Shown here: one piece after another, positions 39,950-51,082 of the stretch
Layout of the letters: each line of letters starts with the position of its first letter
How positions within the stretch are numbered: the first letter of the stretch is position 1
NCBI GenBank assembly: GCA_964654465.1
Contig: CAZZIO010000032.1
Location: 1 to 64,000, forward strand
DNA from: an uncultured Dictyoglomota bacterium
GTDB lineage: Bacteria; Dictyoglomota; Dictyoglomia; Dictyoglomales; Dictyoglomaceae
DNA: 64,000 bases
Direction of reading: 5' to 3'
Made by a program: the position numbers and the translations under genes
The notes under the pieces: model-generated
Database searches by the model: none
What the model was told of the DNA's origin: nothing
The model's input: only the letters and a program-made list of their open reading frames with translations

Positions 39950-42373
39950 ATGGAAAAAAGCAAAATAATATTAGTTGGCTTAGAAAAAGAGATGGAAAAT
40001 TCCTACTTGGATTACGCTATGAGCGTAATCGTAGGAAGAGCTTTACCTGATGCAAGGGACGGACTAAAACCTGTACAAAGAAGAATTATATATTCTATGT
40101 ACGAATCTGGAATGCTACATAATAGACCCTACAAAAAGAGTGCCCATGTAGTAGGTAATGTCTTAGGTAGATATCATCCTCATGGGGATGCTGCAGTCTA
40201 TGAAGCATTAGTAAGAATGGCTCAGGATTTTTCCTTCAGATACCCATTAATAGATGGACATGGGAATTTTGGTTCCATAGACGGAGACGAACCAGCAGCT
40301 ATGAGATACACAGAGGTAAGACTTGCTCCTATAGCCTCAGAAATGATTGCAGATATAGAAAAAGATGTGGTAGATTTTGTACCCAACTATGACAATTCAC
40401 TAAAGGAGCCGGTAGTACTTCCCACTAAAATTCCTCAGCTTCTTATGAATGGTTCTTCTGGAATAGCTGTAGGAATGGCAACTAATATCCCACCTCATAA
40501 TTTAGGAGAATTAATAGATGCCTTACTATATTTAATAGAAAATCCTCATACAGGGCTTGATGAAATATTAAAGTTTATAGATGGTCCTGATTTTCCAACA
40601 GGTGGAATAATTGTGGGAAGAAAAGGAATAAGGGAAAGTTACTTAACAGGTAAAGGTAAAATCATAGTAAGAGGAAAGGTTAAAATAGAGGAAACAAAGA
40701 AAGGTGAAAAAAATATTATTATTACCGAAATACCCTATCAGGTTAACAAGGCTAATCTACTAACCCAAATTGCCGAACTTGTACAAGAAAAGAAAATAAC
40801 TGGAATAAAAGATCTAAGAGATGAGTCGGATAAACATGGAATAAGAGTTGTAATAGAGCTTAGAAAAGAAGCAGAACCCCAAATTGTTATTAATCAGCTT
40901 TATAAACATACCCAATTAGAGACCACTTTTGGAGTTATCATGCTCGCTATTTTGGATGGTCAGCCTAAAGTCTTTAATCTTATAGAATTACTTAAGATTT
41001 TCTTAGAACATAGAAAAGATGTTGTACTGAGAAGAACTAAGTATGATCTGGAGAAAGCAAAGGCAAGGGCTCATATTTTAGAGGGATTGTTAATAGCATT
41101 AGATCACTTAGATGAAGTAATAAGAATTATAAGACAAGCTGAGAATGCTGATTCTGCAAGAGAGGAATTAATGATAAAATTTAAGCTCACACAGGTACAA
41201 GCTCAGGCAATTCTTGACATGAGATTACATCAATTAACAAAGCTTGAAAAAGAGAAATTAATAAATGAGATGGAAAGCATAAGAAAAACTATTGAAGAAC
41301 TACAAAAAATACTTAACGATGAAAAAGAATTATGGAAAGTAATTGCAGGGGAATTAAAAGAGATAAAAAATAAATACTCTGATAAAAGAAGAACAGAAAT
41401 TCAAGAGGAAGAAAAAAGCGACATAACTATTGAGGATTTAGTACCTGATAATCCTGAAGTTGTATGTCTTACTCGAGAAGGATATATAAAGAGACTTCCA
41501 TTATCCACGTATCAAATACAGAAAAGAGGTGGAAAGGGTCTTAATACTCTTGCCAATAATATAAATGACATAATAACCTCTTTTGTGGTTACATCTACAA
41601 GAAGTACATTATTTTTATTCAGCAACAAAGGAAGGGTCTTTTACATAAAAACCTATGAATTAGATGAAACTTCAAGACAAAGTAAAGGTACTCCTCTTAA
41701 GAATTATATAGGCATATCAGAAGGAGAAGAAATAACAGAAATTATATCTTTAAATGAATTTCCTCAAAATCTCTATTTTCTATTTGTAACCTCTCAAGGA
41801 ATAGTCAAAAAGACTCCTGTGGAAGAATTTCAAAATGTTAGAAAAACCGGCATAAATGCTATAAAATTAGCAGATAATGACCTATTGGTTAACGTATTCT
41901 TAACCACTGGAAACGATCAAATTATATTACTTACAAAGAAAGGTAATGCTATAAGATTTGATGAAAAAGATGTTAGACCTATGGGGAGATCTGCTCAAGG
42001 AGTGGTAGGAATAAAACTAAGAAAGGACGACTCTGTAATAGGTGGAATAATAGTTAAAAATGATAAAGACATTGTACTTGTTACAGAATATGGCATAGGT
42101 AAAAGGATAAAACCTGATGAATTCAATTTGCAAAAAAGAGGTGGAATTGGAATTAGAGCAATAAAAATAACACCTAAAACAGGTAATTTAATAGGAGTAA
42201 AAAATGTGTCAGAAAATGATGAAATATTAATTAGCACTCAAAAGGGTCAAATCATAAGATTAGCTGTAAAAAATATACCTATCATGGGTAGAAATACTCA
42301 AGGGGTAAAATTGGTAAAATTAAATGATGAAGATAGAGTAGTTAGTATTGATCTGGTGAGTAACGAAGAATGA
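39950..42373 (+). CDS. gyrA: DNA gyrase subunit A
   Basis: [22 protein letters not shown], GyrA-box QKRGGKG, pinwheel repeats. Confidence 0.97.
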   Translation: MEKSKIILVGLEKEMENSYLDYAMSVIVGRALPDARDGLKPVQRRIIYSMYESGMLHNRPYKKSAHVVGNVLGRYHPHGDAAVYEALVRMAQDFSFRYPLIDGHGNFGSIDGDEPAAMRYTEVRLAPIASEMIADIEKDVVDFVPNYDNSLKEPVVLPTKIPQLLMNGSSGIAVGMATNIPPHNLGELIDALLYLIENPHTGLDEILKFIDGPDFPTGGIIVGRKGIRESYLTGKGKIIVRGKVKIEETKKGEKNIIITEIPYQVNKANLLTQIAELVQEKKITGIKDLRDESDKHGIRVVIELRKEAEPQIVINQLYKHTQLETTFGVIMLAILDGQPKVFNLIELLKIFLEHRKDVVLRRTKYDLEKAKARAHILEGLLIALDHLDEVIRIIRQAENADSAREELMIKFKLTQVQAQAILDMRLHQLTKLEKEKLINEMESIRKTIEELQKILNDEKELWKVIAGELKEIKNKYSDKRRTEIQEEEKSDITIEDLVPDNPEVVCLTREGYIKRLPLSTYQIQKRGGKGLNTLANNINDIITSFVVTSTRSTLFLFSNKGRVFYIKTYELDETSRQSKGTPLKNYIGISEGEEITEIISLNEFPQNLYFLFVTSQGIVKKTPVEEFQNVRKTGINAIKLADNDLLVNVFLTTGNDQIILLTKKGNAIRFDEKDVRPMGRSAQGVVGIKLRKDDSVIGGIIVKNDKDIVLVTEYGIGKRIKPDEFNLQKRGGIGIRAIKITPKTGNLIGVKNVSENDEILISTQKGQIIRLAVKNIPIMGRNTQGVKLVKLNDEDRVVSIDLVSNEE

Positions 42374-42786
42374 AAAAATATGAATTAATAGATCATACAG
42401 CAGATATAGGAATAATTGCATATGGAAGTACGAAGGAAGAAGCTTTTGAGGTATCAGCAGAAGCAATGTTTGACCTTATGTGTCCGTTAGAAAAAATTGA
42501 TGAAAAGGAAAGGTTTGACATTGAAGTAGATGCTGAAGATTTAGAATCTCTACTTGTTACATGGTTAAATGAACTCCTTTATGTATTTGACGTTAAAAGA
42601 CTTATATTCAAAAAATTTAATGTCACCCTTATAGGGAATAATCAACTAATAAGCCACTGTTTTGGTGAGAAATTTGATCCTAGAAAACATGAAATCATAA
42701 GAGAAATAAAAGCAGTAACATATAATCTATTAAAGATTGAAAATAAAGATAACCAATGGATAATACAGGTGGTATTTGATATTTAA
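42370..42786 (+). CDS. Archease
   Basis: DHTAD, WLNELLY, EIKAVTY, C-terminal FDI. Confidence 0.93.
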   Translation: MKKYELIDHTADIGIIAYGSTKEEAFEVSAEAMFDLMCPLEKIDEKERFDIEVDAEDLESLLVTWLNELLYVFDVKRLIFKKFNVTLIGNNQLISHCFGEKFDPRKHEIIREIKAVTYNLLKIENKDNQWIIQVVFDI

Positions 42787-43787
42787 TGGCAAACTTAATA
42801 GTTGGAGAATCTCAATCAGGAAAAACAACACTTATAAAAGTCCTTTCAAAAGGAAAGGCACACATTAAATTTTCTGATTATAATATATGTGCAGTACCCA
42901 AAGAGGATGAAAGGCTAATAGAACTTTGGAAAATCTTTAAAAGTAAATCTATTAATTTTATAAACTTAGACTTTATGGATCCACCAGGTAATGCTACTTT
43001 TACATCCCTAAATCCCCAACTTTATGAAAAAATACAAAAAGCAGAAATAATTCTTTATATGCTGCCTCTTTTTAGAGAAGATAAAGATCTTGATGAGATA
43101 AAAAACCAAGAAAATGAATTTATACTAAAAGATCTGGAAACTACAGAAAAACTTTTGAAAAATAGAAAATTAGGTATACCTGAAAAAGCAGTTTTAGATA
43201 AAATCCAAAAAAGTTTATTAGATGAGATTCCATTAAGCAATATGGAATTTAGAGAGGATGAACTAAAAATACTTTCTGCTTGGAATCTACTATCTATAAA
43301 ACCAATTTTTTACATAATAAATATCTCAAATACTCAATTAGAAGATGAAAAACTTCTAAATTCCATAAAGGAGAAATTAAAAGATAAAATCTATTTCTTA
43401 TTTCCGGCTAAATTAGAAGAAGAACTCTTAGAACTTGATGAAAAAGATGTCACAGAGTATTTGTCCATGTATAACTTATCAAAAAGCATAAGAAACCTAT
43501 TAATAGATAAAATTTTTGAGTTTAACAATCTTATTTCCTTCTTTACAGTTGGAGAAAAGGATGCTCGAGCTTGGAAGCTAAAAAAAGGAAGCACAGCTTT
43601 AAATGCTGCTGGTGTTATTCATACAGATATTGCAAAAGGTTTTATAAGAGCTGAAGTAATAAGATGGGACGAGCTTGTAAAAATCGGTGATTGGAAAAAG
43701 GCATATCAAGAAGGAAAAGTAAGAGTAGAAAAGAAAGATTATATAGTAGAAGATGGAGATGTATTATATATAAGATTCCACATATAA
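42786..43787 (+). CDS. Divergent YchF-like P-loop protein (DUF933 C-terminal domain)
   Basis: GESQSGKTT, DPPG, LISFFTVG..RAW, AAGVIHTDIAKGFIRAEV, YIVEDGD. Confidence 0.8.
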   Translation: MANLIVGESQSGKTTLIKVLSKGKAHIKFSDYNICAVPKEDERLIELWKIFKSKSINFINLDFMDPPGNATFTSLNPQLYEKIQKAEIILYMLPLFREDKDLDEIKNQENEFILKDLETTEKLLKNRKLGIPEKAVLDKIQKSLLDEIPLSNMEFREDELKILSAWNLLSIKPIFYIINISNTQLEDEKLLNSIKEKLKDKIYFLFPAKLEEELLELDEKDVTEYLSMYNLSKSIRNLLIDKIFEFNNLISFFTVGEKDARAWKLKKGSTALNAAGVIHTDIAKGFIRAEVIRWDELVKIGDWKKAYQEGKVRVEKKDYIVEDGDVLYIRFHI

Positions 43788-43793
43788 AATTAA

Positions 43794-44207
43794 TTAAGTC
43801 TTTTCTCCTTTAACAAAATCATAAAGTGTATATTTAGCTAGCGTTTCTCTTAGTTTATTTGTCATCTCAATCCATAAAGGTCTTGTTTTACACTGAGAAA
43901 CCCTCTTGCACTTATTAGGAAAAACTATACAATCCACTAATGCAGTCCTACCCTCTAAAGCCTCTACCACCTCTAAAATCTTAATTTCCTTTGGATCACC
44001 ATTTATATAATAACCACCTTCTGCTCCAACCTCAGCCTTAACAAATTTGTTTTGCGAAAGAATTCTCATAATTCTTTCCAAGTATCTTAGAGGAATCTCT
44101 TCAGCCTCAGATATTCTCCTTACACTTACAGGATTTCCCTCTTTTTGATTTTTAGCTATGTATATGAGAGCTCTCAAACCATATCTTGACCTTGTTGATA
44201 ATTTCAT
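43794..44207 (-). CDS. Rrf2 family transcriptional regulator (three Cys)
   Basis: LSTRSRYGLRAL, YLERI, GAEGGY, C-x6-C-x5-C. Confidence 0.92.
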   Translation of the reverse strand: MKLSTRSRYGLRALIYIAKNQKEGNPVSVRRISEAEEIPLRYLERIMRILSQNKFVKAEVGAEGGYYINGDPKEIKILEVVEALEGRTALVDCIVFPNKCKRVSQCKTRPLWIEMTNKLRETLAKYTLYDFVKGEKT

Positions 44208-44242
44208 AATTATTACACCTCTAAATTCATACTTTTTTAGGA

Positions 44243-44272
44243 TATTTTACATGTTATCCTTTTAAAAGTCAA
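44243..44272 (-). promoter_or_regulatory. Sigma70 promoter for the Rrf2 gene
   Basis: Minus strand TTGACT-17 nt-TAAAAT. Confidence 0.6.
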
Positions 44273-44279
44273 ACATCAA

Positions 44280-45278
44280 TCAGACCAAAACATTCTTCAG
44301 CCATTGAAAAGATTTATTCCCCCAAATCTCATGTCCCCCATCAAAAAACTCATAATTTAAATTATCAGATACATTTAAAAAATCATATACTTTTTTAATC
44401 TTTGAAAAAGCAAATTTTGTTGCTTCTATAGGAAAAATAGGATCTTTTATACCATGTTCAATAAATAGAAATCTTGGTGCAATAAGTCCTGCAATATCAT
44501 ACATCTCTGCATATTTCAAAATACCATAAATATAATTGCATTCACAATGAGAAATACTTAATACGCTGTCTCTAAAGGTATTTAAATATCCACTAATAAC
44601 GGTAGCTTTAATACGATCATCTAATGATGATGCAAATAAGGAAGAGGTCCCACCACCTGAAATCCCATAAATGCCTATAGAATCTTTTTTTACCTCAGGG
44701 AAACCTTGAAGTAAATCAATACTTCTTATTATATCCCAAACCCTAAGTCCTATAACTGTTTTACCAAGCATTAAAGCCCAGAAAAATAACTCTCTACAAG
44801 AAGAAATCTTTTCATTCTTTACTATTTTCCTGTATCCAAAACCCAATTGTTCAATAACAAATGTAATGAAACCCTGTTTTACCAATGAGATTCCAAAATC
44901 CTTCATATAACCAGATGGAATTTCTCTCTCATTACCATTCTCATCAAGTCCAACAGCATCATTCATCCCTATTCCATGACCAGGAACAGCAATAACAGCA
45001 GGAGCAGGAAGTTCTACCTTTTTGGGAGTAAGAAGATAAGCATAAACTTCTATATCTTCTGCCGAATTGAATATAATAAGTTCTCTCTTATAATCCTCAA
45101 AATCCTTAGTATCTAAAACCCTCAAATTGGTATCACATTTTTCTGGAAATCCCCCTAAAAGTTCAATTAACTTTAATCTAAAATTTTTTCTCCAATTTAG
45201 CCATTCTTCCTTATTCTTTGCTTTAAATCCATATAATCTTTCGTTTTGATAAAGCTTTTTAAAATATAAAAAGTCCAT
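44280..45278 (-). CDS. Alpha/beta hydrolase (dienelactone hydrolase/acetylxylan esterase-like)
   Basis: GHG, GISGGG nucleophile elbow, LIAPR, DPIFP, GGHE. Confidence 0.85.
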   Translation of the reverse strand: MDFLYFKKLYQNERLYGFKAKNKEEWLNWRKNFRLKLIELLGGFPEKCDTNLRVLDTKDFEDYKRELIIFNSAEDIEVYAYLLTPKKVELPAPAVIAVPGHGIGMNDAVGLDENGNEREIPSGYMKDFGISLVKQGFITFVIEQLGFGYRKIVKNEKISSCRELFFWALMLGKTVIGLRVWDIIRSIDLLQGFPEVKKDSIGIYGISGGGTSSLFASSLDDRIKATVISGYLNTFRDSVLSISHCECNYIYGILKYAEMYDIAGLIAPRFLFIEHGIKDPIFPIEATKFAFSKIKKVYDFLNVSDNLNYEFFDGGHEIWGNKSFQWLKNVLV

Positions 45279-45372
45279 AAGTATCCTCCTTAATCAAAAT
45301 AATGTTTATATTGTACACTATTAATTTATCTGATGTTAACAAAAATAAATGATTGTTTTAAAATAACTTAAA

Positions 45373-46623
45373 ATGAATTATAAAGAGATTAATAAATTGA
45401 GGTTAATTGCGGATTTTCATATACATTCAAAATATAGCAGGGCTACAAGTAAAGATATGGATCTCCATAGCCTTACAAAATGGGCTAAAATTAAGGGAGT
45501 AAATATTTTAGGTACTGGCGATTTTACGCATCCATTATGGTTTAACGAGTTGAAAGGTAAATTAAAAGAAGAAAATTACGGCATATATTCTTACAATGAT
45601 ATTTATTTTATTTTATCCTCAGAGATAAGTCTTATATATAATCAAAATAACAAATTAAGGAGAATTCATCTTCTTATTTTTGCTCCTTCCTTTGAGATAG
45701 CATATAAGATTAATCGCATACTTGAAAAATATAGTAATTTAACGTCAGATGGAAGGCCAACATTGGGTGAACCCATACAAAAAGTTATACCTCAACTTTG
45801 GGATTTATCTGAAGAGATCCATATAATACCTGCTCATGCTTGGACACCTTGGTACTCTATATTTGGCTCAAAATCAGGTTTTGACTCAATAGAAGAAGCC
45901 TTTGGTAATTATTCTAAATACATTTTTGCTATAGAGACTGGATTAAGTAGTGATCCCTCTATGAATTGGAGGTTAAGTAAATTAGATAAGATTTGTTTAA
46001 TTTCAAATTCAGATGCCCATTCTCCAAATAAAATAGGTAGAGAAGCTAATGTACTTAATTGCAATTTAAATTACAAAGATATCTTTAATGCTATTAAAAA
46101 TCAAGATAAAGATAAATTTTTATATACTATAGAATTTTTCCCAGAAGAAGGAAAATACCACTTTGATGGTCATAGAAATTGTAATATATCATTACACCCC
46201 AAAGAGAGTATTAAGTTAGGGAAAATCTGTCCCATTTGCGGTAAACCACTTACTATAGGTGTTCTACATAGAGTAGAAGAATTAGCTGATAGAGAAGAGG
46301 TATATTTACCTATTAAAATACCTTATAAAAATTTAGTACCATTGGAAGAGATTATTGGGCAATCTTTAAATAAAGAACCTTCATCACCTATAGTACAAAG
46401 GGAATATTTAAAAACCATATCAAATCTTGGAAATGAGCTAAGCATCTTAATGGATGTATCATTAGAGGATATAATTAGAATTTCTGGAGAAAAAATTGCC
46501 AAAGGCATAAACCTTATGAGACAAGGAAAAATAAAAAAAATTCCGGGATATGATGGGGTCTATGGTAAAATAATAATTTTTCCAGAAGAGGCATCTTCAG
46601 AAAATCAACTTTCTCTCTTCTAA
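45373..46623 (+). CDS. Endonuclease Q family PHP-domain protein
   Basis: ADFHIHSKYSRATS, GTGDFTHP, PAHAWTPW, ETGLSSD, SNSDAHS, GKYH, CPICG, PGYDGVYG. Confidence 0.88.
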   Translation: MNYKEINKLRLIADFHIHSKYSRATSKDMDLHSLTKWAKIKGVNILGTGDFTHPLWFNELKGKLKEENYGIYSYNDIYFILSSEISLIYNQNNKLRRIHLLIFAPSFEIAYKINRILEKYSNLTSDGRPTLGEPIQKVIPQLWDLSEEIHIIPAHAWTPWYSIFGSKSGFDSIEEAFGNYSKYIFAIETGLSSDPSMNWRLSKLDKICLISNSDAHSPNKIGREANVLNCNLNYKDIFNAIKNQDKDKFLYTIEFFPEEGKYHFDGHRNCNISLHPKESIKLGKICPICGKPLTIGVLHRVEELADREEVYLPIKIPYKNLVPLEEIIGQSLNKEPSSPIVQREYLKTISNLGNELSILMDVSLEDIIRISGEKIAKGINLMRQGKIKKIPGYDGVYGKIIIFPEEASSENQLSLF

Positions 46624-47411
46624 AAAGGTCTTTTGAAAAGCTCTAAAATTTTATCCTTTAAAGTTATGCCTGGTAGTAAGTTTTTAAAATCTTCAATGGC
46701 CTTATCAAATCCGATATCATAACCTCTTTTCTGACTCTCTAACCATTTATGATCTGATATATAAACGTAAAGATCTGCTTCTGTTCTTCCTGGAAAAGCA
46801 TCCAAAAGTCTTTCTTGTTGGATTTTTTTAACAATTGGTAGATAAATATTTCTATACCAATCTCTTGCCGCTTCTTTAATATTAACCTCTTCCCCCTTTT
46901 TTTCGCTCATATAATATTTATGTTCTAAAATTTGATTTAAAAGCTTTCTATACTGCCCTATTTCTGTAAGAATTATCCCTCTTAACCCTGTAATTAATTC
47001 AAAATCTGACCTTTCTCTGTGTAATATATTTTCTATACTGTTTTCAGAAGGAATATATTCAATTACATGAGCATCAATCTCTTTCTGACCTAATTTCTTT
47101 GCTACAGCCACTCTATGATTTCCATCAACAACATAATATTCATCTTTTATCTTATAAACCTCGATAGGAGGTAAAATTTTTCCTCTCAAAATTGCATTTT
47201 CAAGCTCTTGTAATCTACTTTTTGAACTACCTTTTAAAGGTCTAAACTCTTCATCAAAATCTTTATATCTTCCAACACTACCAACAATCTTATCAACCTC
47301 AATAGTCTGATAACCTAAGTCTCTCCATCCTGAAATTTCTTCTTCTTTTAAAACTTCATCAAAACTCTTTAAATGTTTTTTATTTTTTAAAAATCTCTTA
47401 AAAAACCTCAT
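46620..47411 (-). CDS. ParB/Srx-like domain + DUF4032 protein
   Basis: IVGSVGRYKDFD, LPPIEVYK..YYVVDGNHRV, EHKYYMSE..AARDWY, TEADLY. Confidence 0.8.
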   Translation of the reverse strand: MRFFKRFLKNKKHLKSFDEVLKEEEISGWRDLGYQTIEVDKIVGSVGRYKDFDEEFRPLKGSSKSRLQELENAILRGKILPPIEVYKIKDEYYVVDGNHRVAVAKKLGQKEIDAHVIEYIPSENSIENILHRERSDFELITGLRGIILTEIGQYRKLLNQILEHKYYMSEKKGEEVNIKEAARDWYRNIYLPIVKKIQQERLLDAFPGRTEADLYVYISDHKWLESQKRGYDIGFDKAIEDFKNLLPGITLKDKILELFKRPF

Positions 47412-47413
47412 TT

Positions 47414-47998
47414 CTATAAATCCAAAAGAATTATTCCAGAACAGTTTATAATTTTTGTATTACCAAGCTCTGCAAACCTTTTAGAGTTATAAACATAATT
47501 CATGTGTGTATGCCCGTGAAGAAAATATTGAGGTTGATATTTCTCTATTAATTTTAGAAAAGCTTTAAAACCTTTATGAGCTAAATCATCTCCTTCATGA
47601 ATTCCAAAAGGTGGAGAGTGAGCTACCACAATGTCCACCCCTTTTCTTAACTTTAAAAACAATCTTCTAATTCTCCACTCCATTTCCTCTTCGGTATATT
47701 GAAATTTACCTACACTATATTTTATAGAACCACCAAGTCCCAAAATTTTCCTCCCTTTAAACTCTATCATCCTTCCATCAATACTTTCACAACCTTCTGG
47801 AGGCCTCTTTTCATATATCTCATCGTGATTTCCATGTACATAAAATACTGGTACATTTAACATTGTAGCTATATAAGTAAGAAGTTCCGGCATAACATCA
47901 CCACAGGATATAACCCCCTCTACCCCTTTATATGGAGTTATATCAAATTTTTCATAAAAATTTGGAGATTCAATGTCAGATAGAGCTAATACCTTCAA
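47414..47998 (-). CDS. Calcineurin-like metallophosphoesterase
   Basis: LSD, SCGD, HGNHD, HSPP, HGHTH. Confidence 0.9.
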   Translation of the reverse strand: MKVLALSDIESPNFYEKFDITPYKGVEGVISCGDVMPELLTYIATMLNVPVFYVHGNHDEIYEKRPPEGCESIDGRMIEFKGRKILGLGGSIKYSVGKFQYTEEEMEWRIRRLFLKLRKGVDIVVAHSPPFGIHEGDDLAHKGFKAFLKLIEKYQPQYFLHGHTHMNYVYNSKRFAELGNTKIINCSGIILLDL

Positions 47999-49065
47999 CT
48001 TAAGGGCTGTCCTATCCTCATCTTAAGTTCATTAATATATCCTATAGAGAAAGGATCCTTATCTGCTAAATAAGCAAGATATACAGTAGCAAAATCTCCT
48101 AAATATGTCATAGAAAAGAACTGAGTAAGAGGAGATTTTCCTTCAGCTTGCCACATGAATATAGGTACTCCTCTTTCAGATATTTTCTCTTTCATGAACT
48201 CTACCCTAATCTTCATTTCTCCATCAAGAGAGGTGTACAAGAAAATAAGAGTTAATGGCTTAATAACTTCATCCATAGCTTCCCACGCCATAATTTCATT
48301 ATGGTTAAGCTCTGGAAAGAAGTGATAAAATGCAGGATATTTTGAATTTTCATTGATTTGACATTTCCATCTATAAGCTGCTACCTTCCATTTTTCCTCT
48401 ACAGCATAAATAACAGGAATACGCTTAAAGATCATTTTTGCAACTTTTTTGGCTACATTTTCTTCTGTTGGTACTTCTCTCTTGAAGCTTTCTCTTGCCT
48501 TTTTAAGATAATTAATAGTCTCCTCTATCTCTGACTTTTTAGAGGATACTGCTCCTATTTTTTCCAAAACTACAAAAGAAGGAATTGTTACATAGCCTAT
48601 AGCAGCTCTTGGTGCCATGCCTGATGGTATCTCAACCAAAGTAAGATTTTTTTCATTTGCAAATTCTTTTAATTTTCCTCCACTTGTTACTGCTACAACA
48701 GAGGCTCCTTTATCATAAGCAGCTTTGGCAGAATTTAAAGTTTCTACAGTATTACCTGAATAACTAACCGCAAATACTAAGGTTTTACTATCCACCCAAG
48801 TAGGGAGATCATAATCTCTGTTTACATATATAGGAAATCTTGCTTCTTTAAAAAGGGCACTTTGTAAAACGTCGCCTCCTATAGCAGATCCGCCCATACC
48901 AAGCACAAGAACCCTCTCTATATTATAAGACACATTTTTTATAGGAGTAGAATAAGAAACTTCTGCAGCTCTTTCTATTTGTTCTGGCAAATTATAAACT
49001 GCTGAATACATGTCCTTGGGGTCTAAGTTTTTAAGAACCTCAATTTGATCCAATTTCTCTACCAT
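47995..49065 (-). CDS. Bifunctional phosphoglucose/phosphomannose isomerase
   Basis: GMGGSAIGG, SYSGNTVET, TSGG, PRAA, QINENSK, PELNHNEI. Confidence 0.93.
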   Translation of the reverse strand: MVEKLDQIEVLKNLDPKDMYSAVYNLPEQIERAAEVSYSTPIKNVSYNIERVLVLGMGGSAIGGDVLQSALFKEARFPIYVNRDYDLPTWVDSKTLVFAVSYSGNTVETLNSAKAAYDKGASVVAVTSGGKLKEFANEKNLTLVEIPSGMAPRAAIGYVTIPSFVVLEKIGAVSSKKSEIEETINYLKKARESFKREVPTEENVAKKVAKMIFKRIPVIYAVEEKWKVAAYRWKCQINENSKYPAFYHFFPELNHNEIMAWEAMDEVIKPLTLIFLYTSLDGEMKIRVEFMKEKISERGVPIFMWQAEGKSPLTQFFSMTYLGDFATVYLAYLADKDPFSIGYINELKMRIGQPLS

Positions 49066-49123
49066 CTTTATGCCTCCTTTAATTATTTTGTTTGTGAAAT
49101 TATTTTAGCTTATAATTAAATCG

Positions 49124-49151
49124 TTGACAATAATTAAATACTCTGTATACT
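49124..49151 (+). promoter_or_regulatory. Putative sigma70 promoter for the OsmC-family gene and gltX
   Basis: TTGACA-16 nt-TATACT. Confidence 0.55.
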
Positions 49152-49193
49152 TTAAAAGTATTTAAAATAATTTAAGAAAGGAGGATGAAAGAA

Positions 49194-49604
49194 ATGGAAA
49201 CAAAGGTTGTATGGAATGGAGAAATGAAATTTACAGGAACAACTCCTTCTAACTTCAATATCGTCATGGATTCTACACCAGATCATGGAGGAGGAAATGA
49301 AGGACCTCGCCCTATGGAGCTTATACTTGTAGCTCTTGGGGGATGTACAGGTATGGATGTAATCTCTATTTTAAATAAAATGAAAGAGAAGGTTGAACAT
49401 TTTGAAATGAAAATCACAGCAGAAAGAGCCCAAGAGCATCCTAAGGTTTATACCAAAGTACATATTGAATACATTTTCAAAGGGGAAAATTTAAATGAAG
49501 CTAACATCAAAAAAGCTATAGATCTTTCTCAAACAAAATACTGCTCTGTATCTGCTATGTTAAGAAACACAGCAGAAGTTACATACTCATATAAAATACT
49601 TTAG
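49194..49604 (+). CDS. OsmC/YhfA family protein
   Basis: PRPMEL..LGGCTGMDV, KYCSVS; ATG 49194 has suitable spacing from GGAGG. Confidence 0.9.
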   Translation: METKVVWNGEMKFTGTTPSNFNIVMDSTPDHGGGNEGPRPMELILVALGGCTGMDVISILNKMKEKVEHFEMKITAERAQEHPKVYTKVHIEYIFKGENLNEANIKKAIDLSQTKYCSVSAMLRNTAEVTYSYKIL

Positions 49605-49628
49605 TGGAAGGGAGAGAACAGGCTAAGT

Positions 49629-51068
49629 ATGGATAATGTAAGAGTAAGAATAGCACCAAGCCCCACTGGATATCTCCATGTAGGGACTGCTCATACTGCT
49701 CTTTTTAACTGGCTTTTTGCAAAGCATAACAATGGAAAATTTATATTAAGAATTGAGGATACTGATATACAAAGGTCATCAAAAGAATATGAAGAAAATA
49801 TTTTAGAAGGATTAACTTGGCTTGGTCTATATTGGGATGAAGGTCCATATTATCAAACTCAAAGATTAGATCTGTACAGAAAATATGCAGAAGAGCTTCT
49901 TAAAATAGGTGCAGCATATTATTGTTATTGCACTCCTGAAGAATTAGAACAAAGAAGAAAAGAGGCTTTAGCTCAAAAAAGACCTCCAAAATATGATAGA
50001 AAATGCTTATATCTATCAGATGAAGAAATAGCAAAATACGAAAGAGAGGGAAGAAAACCTGTTATAAGATTATTAGTTCCAGAAGGTAAAACTGTTTTTA
50101 ATGACATCATAAGAGGCGAAATAGAATTTGATAATGAGGATATAGGAGATTTTGTGATAATGAAATCAGACGGCATTCCTACCTATAATTTTGCTGTAGT
50201 TGTAGATGACTACACAATGGGAATCACTCATGTAATAAGAGGAGAAGATCATATATCAAATACTCCCAAACAGCTTTTTATATATAATGCCCTTAACTGG
50301 ACTCCACCTGAATTTGCCCATTTACCTTTACTTCTTGGCCCGGATCGATCTAAGCTTTCAAAAAGACATGGTGTTACATCTGTTACAGAATATAAAAAGA
50401 TGGGATATTTACCAGAAGCTTTAGTTAACTACCTTGCTCTTTTAGGGTGGACCCCAGAAGAAAATAAAGAAATTTATACAATTGAAGAATTAATAGAACT
50501 TTTTGATTTAAGAAGGGTCACTAAAAATCCAGGTATTTTTGATATAACAAAACTTGAGTGGATAAATACACAACATATAAGAAGACTTTCTGTGGAAAAA
50601 TTGGCTGAGCTTACTTTGCCATTCTTAGAAGAGGTAGAATGGTTCAATAGGAACAATTTTGATAAAAATTACTATTTAAAAGTTGTCTCTATTCTACAAG
50701 AAAGATTAAAAACCCTATCCCAGATACGAGAATATGGAGATTATTTCTTCTTAGATAAACTTAATTACGACCTTGAAACTGTAAAAAAAGTATGTAAAAG
50801 TCCAGATATACATATCTATTTAGAGAAAATTAAAGAAGAATGGTCTAAAATTCCAAATTCAGAATTCAGCGCTCAAAATTTAGAAAACATATTAAGAAAT
50901 TTAGCTGAAACCCATCAGATTCCAACAAAAAATTTAGTCCATCCTATCCGTGTTGCATTAACAAATAAAACTGTTGGGCCTGGTCTTTACGAACTTGCAG
51001 AAATTCTTGGGAAAGAAAGAGTCATAAAAAGATTAGAAGAGTTTATAGAGTGCCTTAAAGAACTTTAA
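49629..51068 (+). CDS. gltX: Glutamate--tRNA ligase
   Basis: [32 protein letters not shown]. Confidence 0.97.
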   Translation: MDNVRVRIAPSPTGYLHVGTAHTALFNWLFAKHNNGKFILRIEDTDIQRSSKEYEENILEGLTWLGLYWDEGPYYQTQRLDLYRKYAEELLKIGAAYYCYCTPEELEQRRKEALAQKRPPKYDRKCLYLSDEEIAKYEREGRKPVIRLLVPEGKTVFNDIIRGEIEFDNEDIGDFVIMKSDGIPTYNFAVVVDDYTMGITHVIRGEDHISNTPKQLFIYNALNWTPPEFAHLPLLLGPDRSKLSKRHGVTSVTEYKKMGYLPEALVNYLALLGWTPEENKEIYTIEELIELFDLRRVTKNPGIFDITKLEWINTQHIRRLSVEKLAELTLPFLEEVEWFNRNNFDKNYYLKVVSILQERLKTLSQIREYGDYFFLDKLNYDLETVKKVCKSPDIHIYLEKIKEEWSKIPNSEFSAQNLENILRNLAETHQIPTKNLVHPIRVALTNKTVGPGLYELAEILGKERVIKRLEEFIECLKEL

Positions 51069-51082
51069 ACTCCAAAAGTAAT

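Noticed and set aside
49092..49109. TTGTGAA half-site as a Rex operator
   Set aside because: The second half (TTCACAA) is missing
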